Origin: an uncultured Holophagales bacterium
GTDB taxonomy: Bacteria > Acidobacteriota > Thermoanaerobaculia > Multivoradales > UBA5704
Direction of reading: 5' to 3'
DNA length: 64,000 bases
Assembly (NCBI GenBank): GCA_963842525.1
Contig: CAWJGT010000023.1
Span: 320,001-384,000 of the forward strand
This document shows, one piece after another, positions 9,979-20,178 of this stretch (its first letter is position 1; the number at the start of each line of letters is the position of its first letter). The notes beneath the pieces are model-generated. The model saw only the letters and a program-made list of their open reading frames with translations. It was not told where the DNA came from and ran no database searches. Made by a program: the position numbers and the translations under genes.

Positions 9979-10868
9979 CTTCGCGCGTCCCAGGCACTCT
10001 TGACCAGGGTGGCGAGCAGGATGATTGCGGCCCCTGCGATCGACCAGGCGCCGGGCCGCTCGCCGTGGACGATCCAGGCCCAGACCGGATTGAGCACCGG
10101 CTCGAGGAGCAGCAGCAGCGAGGCCTCGAGCGCGCGGATGCGTTTCAGGCCGCGCAGCAGGAAGGCGTAGGCCACGCCGACCTGGAAGGTGCCGAGGTAG
10201 GCGATGATCGCCCAATCGGCCCCGGTCGTGGGCCCGAGCGGCAGGGCCATCGGAAGGCAGCAGAGCGCGGTGATCACGCTCCCCCACAGGGCCGAGGCGG
10301 GACCCCAATTGCCCGAAGCCCTCCCCAGCGCCCGGAGCCCTATGATGGTGATCGCCCAGGTGAGCCCGGACAGGGCGCCCAGGATGTTGCCGAGGAAGGG
10401 GTTCGGCGCGGTCACCGAGACCGGATCGAGCCCGACGAAGAAGCAGCCCAGCCCCACCCCCAGCGCCGCCATGTAGATCAGGTCCGCGGCGCGCACCTTC
10501 TCGCCCAGCAGCCATGGGCTCAGCAGGACCACCCAGAGCGGCGCGGTCGCCTGCAGGTAGATCGCGCCCGCCGCCGTGGTGAGCTTGTTCGCCTGGACGA
10601 AGAGCACCATGGTCGCGGCGTAGACGGCGCCGACCCCGAGCACCCGCAGGGTCGGGCGGCGCCGTGCCTCGGGCAGCAGGACCAGGAAGGCGAGGGTGGC
10701 CACGGCCGAGCGGAAGCTCGCCACCTGCCAACCCGTGAGATGGCTTGCCGCCTTGACCGCGGCCCCGCCGGAGGAAAAGAGCGCCGCCGCGGCCAGGACA
10801 CGCAGCCGGGAGCCCAGGGCACCCGGAGTCTCTTCAGCATGGGAGGACGTGGGCTCGGATGTCGGCAT
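9975..10868 (-). CDS. EamA/DMT family transporter
   Basis: About 10 TM helices in two repeats; LLGEK and LEPVLNPVWAWIVHGE motifs. Confidence 0.9.
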   Translation of the reverse strand: MPTSEPTSSHAEETPGALGSRLRVLAAAALFSSGGAAVKAASHLTGWQVASFRSAVATLAFLVLLPEARRRPTLRVLGVGAVYAATMVLFVQANKLTTAAGAIYLQATAPLWVVLLSPWLLGEKVRAADLIYMAALGVGLGCFFVGLDPVSVTAPNPFLGNILGALSGLTWAITIIGLRALGRASGNWGPASALWGSVITALCCLPMALPLGPTTGADWAIIAYLGTFQVGVAYAFLLRGLKRIRALEASLLLLLEPVLNPVWAWIVHGERPGAWSIAGAAIILLATLVKSAWDARS

Positions 10869-10934
10869 GGGATAGGAGGATGCCGTGTGGACGGCCGGGC
10901 GGAGATCTTAGAGCGCGAGCCGGCGCCGCGAAAG

Positions 10935-11075
10935 CCCTCACCCCCGGCCCCTCTCCCATCCGCACTCCCTTCCCCCCGGGGAGGGGGGAAATACATCACC
11001 AGGAAGCTCTTGGGTGGGGGCTCCCCTCTCCCGGGTGGGTGGGAGTGCGGATGGGAGAGGGGCCGGGGGTGAGGG
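10935..11075. repeat. Palindromic element with perfect 35-bp terminal inverted repeats (REP/MITE-like)
   Basis: 10935-10969 CCCTCACCCCCGGCCCCTCTCCCATCCGCACTCCC is the exact reverse complement of 11041-11075; related half-copies at ~24083-24131 and ~47192-47249. Confidence 0.85.
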
Positions 11076-11190
11076 ACCTCGGCGGCGACCTCGCGCAAAA
11101 TCTCGCAAAACCTCTCAGCCTCCCCCCAGTTCTGTAGTACTCTTTCCCGGTTCTACCTCCAGAGCTCGAGCGATAAGGAGAAGCGGTGAT

Positions 11191-12087
11191 ATGTGGCAAC
11201 GTGGTCTGTCCTGGATCCTGGGCCTGAGCCTGCTGGCGGGAGCGCTCCCGGCCGCCGCCCAAACGGCCTATTCGGTCCGCTCCGACGGGGGCTCCTCCGC
11301 GAGCAACTTCGACGATCACCTCTACGCGATCAACCTGGCGAACGGAGAGGCCACCCGCATCGGGCCGACCGGATTCGAAGACGTCGAGTCGCTCGCCTTC
11401 GACCGGGGGTGCAACCACCTCTTCGCGGTCGACGACGTCACGGACCAACTCCTCACCTGCGACCTGCAGACCGGGGATTGCACGCCGGTCGGGCCGCTCA
11501 AAGTGAACGTGACCGACACCGGTCTCGCGTTCGACCTCGCCGGCAAGCTCTACATGTCCACCGACGCACCCAAGAAGCCGACCTTCCTCTACCGCCTCAA
11601 CCTCTACACCGGCGAAGCGGTCCGGGCCGGCGACCAGGGGCAGTCGGTCACCGGCCTGGCCGTGAACGACACGGCCATCTACGGGCTCGGCGGCGACAAC
11701 GCCAACAACCTCGTGGTCATCGACCCCAGGACCGGTGCCGCGAAGGCCATCGGCTCCCTGGGGTCAACGGTGAAGCTGTCCGACGGCGGCCTCGACTTCG
11801 CGGCGGACGGCCTCCTCTACGGCATCAGCGACGCCAGCGGCAGGAACGGCCCAAGCCAGATCTTCACGGTCAACCCGGAGACCGGGCACGCCACGGTCGT
11901 GGCGACCGTCCACGACGCCCAAGGGAAGCCCATCAGCGGCTTCGAAGGGCTGGCGGTCCAGGGCGGCATCTGCTCGATCCCGTCCCCGGGGACCATCACC
12001 GACGTCCCCACGGCGAGCGAGTGGAGCCTGGGGGTGCTGATGGCGCTGCTGGTGGCTGCCGGCATCTTCATTCTGCGGCGCGGGTGA
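11191..12087 (+). CDS. Secreted beta-propeller protein with IPTL-CTERM sorting signal
   Basis: AAGGAG RBS; signal peptide; repeated LAFD..G.LY blades; C-terminal VPTASEW + TM + RRG. Confidence 0.85.
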   Translation: MWQRGLSWILGLSLLAGALPAAAQTAYSVRSDGGSSASNFDDHLYAINLANGEATRIGPTGFEDVESLAFDRGCNHLFAVDDVTDQLLTCDLQTGDCTPVGPLKVNVTDTGLAFDLAGKLYMSTDAPKKPTFLYRLNLYTGEAVRAGDQGQSVTGLAVNDTAIYGLGGDNANNLVVIDPRTGAAKAIGSLGSTVKLSDGGLDFAADGLLYGISDASGRNGPSQIFTVNPETGHATVVATVHDAQGKPISGFEGLAVQGGICSIPSPGTITDVPTASEWSLGVLMALLVAAGIFILRRG

Positions 12088-12171
12088 GGTTGCCGCTCGC
12101 CCTCATCTGAGCTAGCCTGTCGGGTGACGGAGCCATTCCGTCAAGATCTTTGGAGAGCGATCGCAGCCCCC

Positions 12172-13503
12172 ATGCCTGAGCCTCTGCGCAAAATCTTCGT
12201 CCTGGATACCTCGGTCATCCTCTACGACTTCAACGCCGTCCAGAACTTCCAGGAGCACGACGTCGCGATCCCGATCACGGTGCTGGAGGAGCTGGACCAG
12301 TTCAAGAAGGGCAACTCGGTCCTGAACCTCCAGGCGCGCGAGTTCATCCGCCAGCTCGACCGGCTGGCGGGGCGCAACATGCTGAGCGACTGGATCCCCC
12401 TGGACGGGCCGGCCCGCGGCAAGATCCGGGTGCTCACCGACGAGAGCTCGCCGGCCGAGGTCGCGGAGGCCTTCGGCGGCAACCGCAAGCCCGACCACCG
12501 CATCTTGAACGCCGCCATCCGCCTCGCCCAGACCGAGCCGGACCGCCGGGTCGTCCTGGTCACCAAGGACATCAACCTGCGCTTGAAGGCGCGGGCCCTG
12601 AACTTGCCGGCCGAGGACTACGAGACCGTCAAGATCAAGGACGTCGACCACCTCTACACGGGGAAGAGCGAGCTCGAGGTCCACGATCCTGCCGTGATCG
12701 ACCAGCTCTACCGGGAGGAGCACGTCCCGGTCTCCGCCATCACGGCCGAGCCGCCCCCGGCCAATCAGTACTTCATCCTGCGCAGCGAGACGAAATCCGC
12801 CCTCGCCTGCTACAACCCGCGCCTGGAGCGGGTCGAGCGGGTGGTGAAGTCGATGGCCTATGGCGTCTCCCCGCGCAACGCCGAGCAGACCTTCGCCCTG
12901 CACGCCATCCTCAACCCGGAAGTCCCGTTGGTCTCCCTCTCGGGCGCCGCGGGCACGGGCAAGACCCTGCTCGCGCTGGCCGGCGCCCTGGAGCAGCGGC
13001 GGCTCTTCCGGCAGATCTACCTGGCACGGCCGATCGTGCCGCTATCGAACAAGGACATCGGCTTCCTGCCGGGCGACGTGCTGTCGAAGATCAACCCCTT
13101 CATGCAGCCGCTGTGGGACAACCTCGGCATCATCAAGAACCAGTGGGGCGAGCGCGACCGCGAATACAAGAAGGTCGACGAGCTGGTCGAGACCGAGAAG
13201 CTCCACATCGTGCCGCTGGCCTACATCCGCGGCCGCAGCCTCTCGAACGTCATCTTCATCGTGGACGAGGCGCAGAACCTGACGCCGCACGAGGTCAAGA
13301 CCATCATCACCCGAGCCGGCGAAAGCACGAAGATCGTGCTGACAGGCGACATCTTCCAGATCGACACGCCCTATCTGGACGCCCACAGCAACGGCCTTTC
13401 CTACCTGATCGACCGCCTCCGCGGGAATCCCCTCTACGCGCACATCAATCTGGAGAAGGGGGAGCGCTCGCAGCTCGCCAACCTGGCGAGCATGATGCTG
13501 TAA
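12172..13503 (+). CDS. PIN-PhoH (PhoH2/YlaK-like) protein
   Basis: PIN motifs VLDT, EELD and VTKD; Walker A GAAGTGKT; RGRSL, DEAQN and GD..Q.D PhoH motifs. Confidence 0.92.
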   Translation: MPEPLRKIFVLDTSVILYDFNAVQNFQEHDVAIPITVLEELDQFKKGNSVLNLQAREFIRQLDRLAGRNMLSDWIPLDGPARGKIRVLTDESSPAEVAEAFGGNRKPDHRILNAAIRLAQTEPDRRVVLVTKDINLRLKARALNLPAEDYETVKIKDVDHLYTGKSELEVHDPAVIDQLYREEHVPVSAITAEPPPANQYFILRSETKSALACYNPRLERVERVVKSMAYGVSPRNAEQTFALHAILNPEVPLVSLSGAAGTGKTLLALAGALEQRRLFRQIYLARPIVPLSNKDIGFLPGDVLSKINPFMQPLWDNLGIIKNQWGERDREYKKVDELVETEKLHIVPLAYIRGRSLSNVIFIVDEAQNLTPHEVKTIITRAGESTKIVLTGDIFQIDTPYLDAHSNGLSYLIDRLRGNPLYAHINLEKGERSQLANLASMML

Positions 13504-13533
13504 GGGGGCCTTGGAAGCCGCAGGAGCCATGGC

Positions 13534-15066
13534 CTACGTGCGGTGCCTCCAGAAACGGCGGAAACGACGATAAAGTTTACGCAACGGCCCAAGTTGCTGC
13601 CGTCCTTTCCATGTGTCAAGCGCGTCATCTCGCCTTGGAGCTCGCTGATAGAGGACCGGGGCCGCTAAACGGGCGAGGTTCGCTTGGCTAAGCACTCGGT
13701 AGCTCACATCCATTGCATCGGAGATGCCGCGACCGGCGACAAGCAACCTATAAAACGTTTGGCTAAATGCAGCAACCGCCACCTGATCGTCGACATAATG
13801 CTGGAGGGCGACTACAGATGGAATTCCAACTTTGACAAGCTGGTTAGCCACCCGCTGAACCGGCTCAAAATGCGCATCTTGCTTGAATTGCCCCGATAAG
13901 CAGGCGTCTAAAACCACCAAGCGGAGTGTCTGAAGGCCGCGTAGACTACTGGCGAGATCGGCACGCCAAGACCATGCTGCAGCACCGACCGATTCAATTT
14001 GGAGGTGTCGCACCCCGCGCGCGGAGCCCACCTCATTCGGACTACCATGGCCCACGAAATGGACGACTTCGTAACCACCCGAACGTAGGGCTTCTCTGAG
14101 TATTTCGGGTGTCGAAAGCTTGTGGGTAGTAAACTCGATTCCCTCGACTCTCTGGAGCGCCATGGTCATACTGGCGTGTTCCGATGGTACAAAGCAGGGG
14201 TGGCCCCATGCTACAGAATCTACAGAATCTACAGAATCATCCCCGACTTCCGAACAATTCACATAAAGGATACGCAAAGGATCTACACGCTTCGGATGCC
14301 TAGACCCTGCGATAACTTTATCGAGTAAGGCCCAAGCGTCCCAACGGCCAACAGACGGATCGTCCTGGCGTCGCAGAGTCGAAGCCCACCTTTCTAAGAT
14401 CTCCCGATGATTCTGGATCGCCAGAAGAGAGTTGCTGCGGAGGATTCGTTCGAGAACTTCGCCGACACCGCCATAGGTTGCCAACGACTCGACGAAGTCG
14501 CGAAAGAGACCCGCCCTGACCGCCGTTGCCAGTGCGCATCTTCGGTCCTGCTCGGAGCCAAACACCCGGTCCGGAATTTGCTCCCACGCCTCGTAGACTG
14601 AGACGATTTCTCCCTGGAGCGATCCCAATCGAAAGAGGAGTTGCTGGGACGGTTCGGATCGATGGGTGCAACAGGAGAGCGCTCCCGGCAGATCTCCATC
14701 GGCCGGAAGGGGATGAGAGTGGAGGACGCTTTCAACATATTCCAGGACCCCTGGAATCGCGAGCAGCTCCGTCAATTCTTCGGCCGCTTCCCGCCTTGTA
14801 TCGTGCGTCAGTTGAGGATCGAGGAGGATCAAGGCAATGTGGAAGGCGTCGGCTTTTGTGGTCGCGAGCTGCAGCTCACGGGCCACCTCCGGAAGCTCGA
14901 CATCCTCCAAGAATTGGAAATCCCTGGCATCTCCGAATAGGTATGGGATCTCGCGGTCCCGCCGGCGGACCACCTCATCCGTCTTGCCGGCGTGAAGCGA
15001 AGAGAATTTGTCTCCTTCGACGAGGAGAGCGACACCCACCTGTCCTGAGATCACAGCCTGCATCAC
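13534..15066 (-). CDS. Protein with uncharacterised N-terminal domain and C-terminal CHAT (caspase-like) protease domain
   Basis: HFVGHG and VVLDACLS catalytic dyad motifs; GIPSVVALQ, FSQTFY and APVLY CHAT C-terminal motifs. Confidence 0.75.
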   Translation of the reverse strand: MMQAVISGQVGVALLVEGDKFSSLHAGKTDEVVRRRDREIPYLFGDARDFQFLEDVELPEVARELQLATTKADAFHIALILLDPQLTHDTRREAAEELTELLAIPGVLEYVESVLHSHPLPADGDLPGALSCCTHRSEPSQQLLFRLGSLQGEIVSVYEAWEQIPDRVFGSEQDRRCALATAVRAGLFRDFVESLATYGGVGEVLERILRSNSLLAIQNHREILERWASTLRRQDDPSVGRWDAWALLDKVIAGSRHPKRVDPLRILYVNCSEVGDDSVDSVDSVAWGHPCFVPSEHASMTMALQRVEGIEFTTHKLSTPEILREALRSGGYEVVHFVGHGSPNEVGSARGVRHLQIESVGAAAWSWRADLASSLRGLQTLRLVVLDACLSGQFKQDAHFEPVQRVANQLVKVGIPSVVALQHYVDDQVAVAAFSQTFYRLLVAGRGISDAMDVSYRVLSQANLARLAAPVLYQRAPRRDDALDTWKGRQQLGPLRKLYRRFRRFWRHRT

Positions 15067-15896
15067 CGATACTCCAACTCTAGCCCCATCTCCTCCATCC
15101 TCGTTCGGAGAGCCTTGCGAATTGCCTGCCGGGGCGGGCGGGCCCCGGTGGAAAGAACGGCGCGTTCAAAGGACCGGATGGACAGAGATCCCCAGATGTG
15201 CACTTCAACGAAACGGTCGTTCTCAGGATCGGCTCCCTGTTCCAAGAGTAAACCAGGGAAATCAGCCGGAGTCGTATCCTTGTGAATCCACTTGGTAAGC
15301 TTTGCGACACAGAGCTTGGCCCGCTCTCGCCACGGGGCGCGTTGCCCCGGAGGCAGCTTGTAACCGCGGTCGCGGAGGAACACAGCGGAGTTATCCTCAA
15401 ACACCGAAGCCCGGTGCGCGATCAGGTTCTCCCGGAGGACGAACGTGCAATCACCATAGCTCCGCAAGCCCATACCATCCAACGAAAGCGCCGCGAAACG
15501 GATCGGCTTCGCATAGAGAGGAAAAAGCTCCGCATCGGCCTTGACCCGTAGCCGGTCCCATTTGTCGCCGTAAGGCAGTTGAAGCCCGGCTTCGAGCCGT
15601 TGGTAAAAGCTTGAGTACAGTTGCCGATCCGAGGACGCCAAGCGTTCGACCTCAAGCAGCGGGCGATTGATGACCGCCTTCGAGGCGGTAATGGCGGCTT
15701 CGAAGCTCTCCAGGACATCGCGGCAACCCCGGCCAGCCGCGTCCTGAACTGCAGCCTGGTATCGACTATCCAGCGCTGCTGCCTCCAGTCGCGCTGCTTT
15801 GACATTCGGGACCTCGCCCGCTTGGTTGCAGTGCGGACAGTGCTCGACCTCCAGGGGGACATTATTCGCACAGAAACCGCAAGGGCTGGAGTCCAT
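15063..15896 (-). CDS. Zn-ribbon protein with possible DUF3626/ADP-ribosyltransferase-like domain
   Basis: CxxC...CxxC N-terminus; IRFAALS...YGDC and FVEVHIWG motifs; 4-bp ATGA overlap with the CHAT gene. The fold assignment is inference. Confidence 0.6.
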   Translation of the reverse strand: MDSSPCGFCANNVPLEVEHCPHCNQAGEVPNVKAARLEAAALDSRYQAAVQDAAGRGCRDVLESFEAAITASKAVINRPLLEVERLASSDRQLYSSFYQRLEAGLQLPYGDKWDRLRVKADAELFPLYAKPIRFAALSLDGMGLRSYGDCTFVLRENLIAHRASVFEDNSAVFLRDRGYKLPPGQRAPWRERAKLCVAKLTKWIHKDTTPADFPGLLLEQGADPENDRFVEVHIWGSLSIRSFERAVLSTGARPPRQAIRKALRTRMEEMGLELEYR

Positions 15897-15917
15897 GATG
15901 GCTCATTGTAGAGCTTC

Positions 15918-16582
15918 TCAGCCCTGCCCTACTCGCCGTTGCTCCAACTCCCGCCGCAGCCGGGCCAACTCTTCCTCAGCGGCACGGCGTGCCGCAACCG
16001 CCTCCTCATACCGCAGGTACGGCTCGCCGGTCGCGGTGTCTACGACCCGGATCCGCTGCCCTTCCCGCCGGAGCGTCACGCCCGTGGTGCGGCTAATGAG
16101 CGAGCCGTCCGGCTCCGGGGCAACCTCTCGGTAGCGGCCGGATTCGAGCCGGAGGCCCTGGAGCGGCGGATCGAGGTATTCCTCGAAGGGATCAAAGAGG
16201 AAGTACTCCTCCACCCCGAGATCCGCGTAGGTCTTCCTCTTGCGGCCAAGGTCTTCGTCCCGGGTGTTGTCCGAGGTCACCTCGATTACCAGACAGGGCA
16301 CGCGGCCCTCTTCCTTCCAGAGCAGGTAGGTTCTGCGCGGCGGCTCTTTGGCCGCGCACGGCACGACGAAGAGGTCCGGCGCCACGACAGCGCGTGGGTT
16401 GCCCTGCTCGTAATAGAGGAAGAGGTTCCCAGCGACATACACATCCGGCTTCTCCCGAAAACGCTCTCGGAAGGCTTCGAGCAGGTACGTCATCTCCTGG
16501 ACGTGGAGAGCTCGGTTTCCGCCATCGGCTGGCCGTCGGACTCCGGATAGTCGACCGGACGCTGGAGAGGGATCGCGGCCAT
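15918..16582 (-). CDS. Uma2 family endonuclease (frameshift near 16505)
   Basis: Start MAAIPLQRPVDYPESDGQPMAET at 16582, then a frame change into ...APDLFVV...VIEVTS...K...Y..LGVEEYFLFDP. Confidence 0.85.
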
Positions 16583-16662
16583 GCGTGCCTTCCTTTCTCC
16601 GGTTGGTGCCCGAATCCCATCACAAGGACCGCCGGAACGCAACTCGCAGTATGATACCAGGC

Positions 16663-18559
<1,897 letters not shown>

Positions 18560-18644
18560 CGGAGGCTCCTCGGGCTCGGAGGGGGAAGACGAAAAAACCG
18601 CACCGGGGGTGGCGCGGCTTCGCAGGCAGAGGCGGAGATCTTCA

Positions 18645-18730
18645 TCGCTTCCCTACGCTGGCATGACCCAGGTCAGGTGATGAGGGTGGTCCCTGAAGGG
18701 ATCTCAGCCTTGCGGCCCCCCTAGCAGGGT
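18645..18730 (-). ncRNA. TPP riboswitch
   Basis: Minus strand reads GGGG..GCTGAGA..ACCC..ACCTGACCTGGGTCATGCCAGCGTAGGGAAG, the THI-box consensus, upstream of thiC. Confidence 0.93.
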
Positions 18731-18732
18731 TC

Positions 18733-18760
18733 ATCCTACACCGGATGGGCAGGGAGTCAA
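18733..18760 (-). promoter_or_regulatory. Sigma70-type thiC promoter
   Basis: Minus strand TTGACT-N16-TAGGAT directly upstream of the riboswitch. Confidence 0.7.
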
Positions 18761-18866
18761 TGAGGCGCCGGAATCAGCACGGAACCAGCAGGAGCGGGTG
18801 GGTAGCGGTACACTCGTCGTCCGATCGAGGCACCGGCGGGCACCACCCCGTTGCCGGAAGCATTCC

Positions 18867-20120
18867 ATGGCCGAAGAGAGTGAGGAAACGCCGATGAAGG
18901 AGGTCTTCACCGACCCGGGTAGCGAGCTTTCGTTTGCCAGTGCTGGAGACTTGACACGGCAGCTCAGCGAAATGGACTCTTCCGTCCCAAGAAGAACGGA
19001 GGGACGGCGGTCGCATCACCGCGAGAGGTACTGCATCGTGCGCTACCTCACGGCTCTGGCTCGGTCGTCGCTGTTGAAGTTTCCCCTCCGGGTCGAGAAG
19101 TCGGAATCCCCGGACTTTCTTCTCCATCTGTCCGATGGAACTGTCGCTGGGATTGAGGTCACGGAAGCGGGAACAGAACGCTCGCAGCGTGCTGCAACCC
19201 AACTCGAGAAGAGCCCTCCCGGCTCTTTTCTGGAAGACGAAGATAAATTGAGGATGCCCGGTGAAGAGTTGCAAGGGCGGGTTTATGCAGGAAACGAGCC
19301 CGAGATCGAGCTGGCCAAGATCTTCCTCAAGGCAGTTATAGACAAAACCGGGGCGCTGAACCGGGGCCATTATACAGAAGCAGGCCGGTACGAGCTCCTG
19401 ATCTACGACAACAGCCATCTTGCCGTTCTCACCGATCTCGGAGGCCTGGCTCCCTTCTTGAAGCCTGCCTTGAACGAATGGCTCGCGCAAAGCCAGACGG
19501 AGAAAGCTTTCAGTGTGATCTCAGTATTGCGCGATTCTGAGCTGTTGTACGACTGCGCGGGAGCAAGCACTATCTTTGGGGTCGGTGACCTTCCCAACCT
19601 GCGGCTCACTCGTGGCGTCGTAGCCCCCGAGATTATCAAGGCAGCGGGACTGGCCTCCCAGAAGCTCCACGAGGCCAACATCCCCCATGCCCTCGCCGGA
19701 GGTCTTGCCGTGGGCGCCCATGGCTACCCGCGGACGACCGACGATGTGGACTTCCTGGTCGGCGATGAGGCGTTCGAGAAGCATGAGGGCGGCTTCGTGA
19801 CCCTGAAGGTACCCCTGATCGCCATCGGCAACGTCCGGATCGACTTCGTCTCGATCGATGAGTCGAAGGGCGAGGAACGACAGTTGCGTCCTGCAGTAGA
19901 GGAGCCGCCTCAAAGCAACGGAGTTCCGATCGTGCCGCTGCCTGCGCTGGTGTACATGAAGCTCAAGGCAGGAAGACAGAAGGACACCGCAGATCTGGTG
20001 GAGCTTCTGAAGCGTGGCAGAGTCGATCTCGAGGCGATGGATGAGTATCTCGAGGAGTATGCGCCGGAGCAGACCCGGCGCTGGCAAAGGGTCAAGGAAA
20101 TCGCAGCGCGAGAGGAGTAA
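18867..20120 (+). CDS. Fusion of a PD-(D/E)XK-like nuclease domain and an AbiEii/MNT-like nucleotidyltransferase domain
   Basis: N-half ESPDF...GIEVTE; C-half ALAGGLAVGAHGYPRTTDDVDFL and MKLKAGRQKD..DL. Alternative start at 18894. Confidence 0.7.
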   Translation: MAEESEETPMKEVFTDPGSELSFASAGDLTRQLSEMDSSVPRRTEGRRSHHRERYCIVRYLTALARSSLLKFPLRVEKSESPDFLLHLSDGTVAGIEVTEAGTERSQRAATQLEKSPPGSFLEDEDKLRMPGEELQGRVYAGNEPEIELAKIFLKAVIDKTGALNRGHYTEAGRYELLIYDNSHLAVLTDLGGLAPFLKPALNEWLAQSQTEKAFSVISVLRDSELLYDCAGASTIFGVGDLPNLRLTRGVVAPEIIKAAGLASQKLHEANIPHALAGGLAVGAHGYPRTTDDVDFLVGDEAFEKHEGGFVTLKVPLIAIGNVRIDFVSIDESKGEERQLRPAVEEPPQSNGVPIVPLPALVYMKLKAGRQKDTADLVELLKRGRVDLEAMDEYLEEYAPEQTRRWQRVKEIAAREE

Positions 20121-20138
20121 GGCGCGCCCGACTAGACT

Positions 20139-20178
20139 TAGCAGGAGTTCATCCTACACCGATCAAGTGGGGAGTCAA
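20139..20178 (-). promoter_or_regulatory. Second copy of the thiC promoter region (direct repeat of 18722-18760)
   Basis: Shares TAGCAGG, GTTCATCCTACACCG (15 bp exact) and GGGAGTCAA; minus strand again TTGACT-N16-TAGGAT. Confidence 0.75.

Noticed and set aside
14212-14238. TACAGAATC x3 microrepeat as a phase-variation switch
   Set aside because: The 9-bp unit is in frame (DSV x3) and cannot switch the frame.
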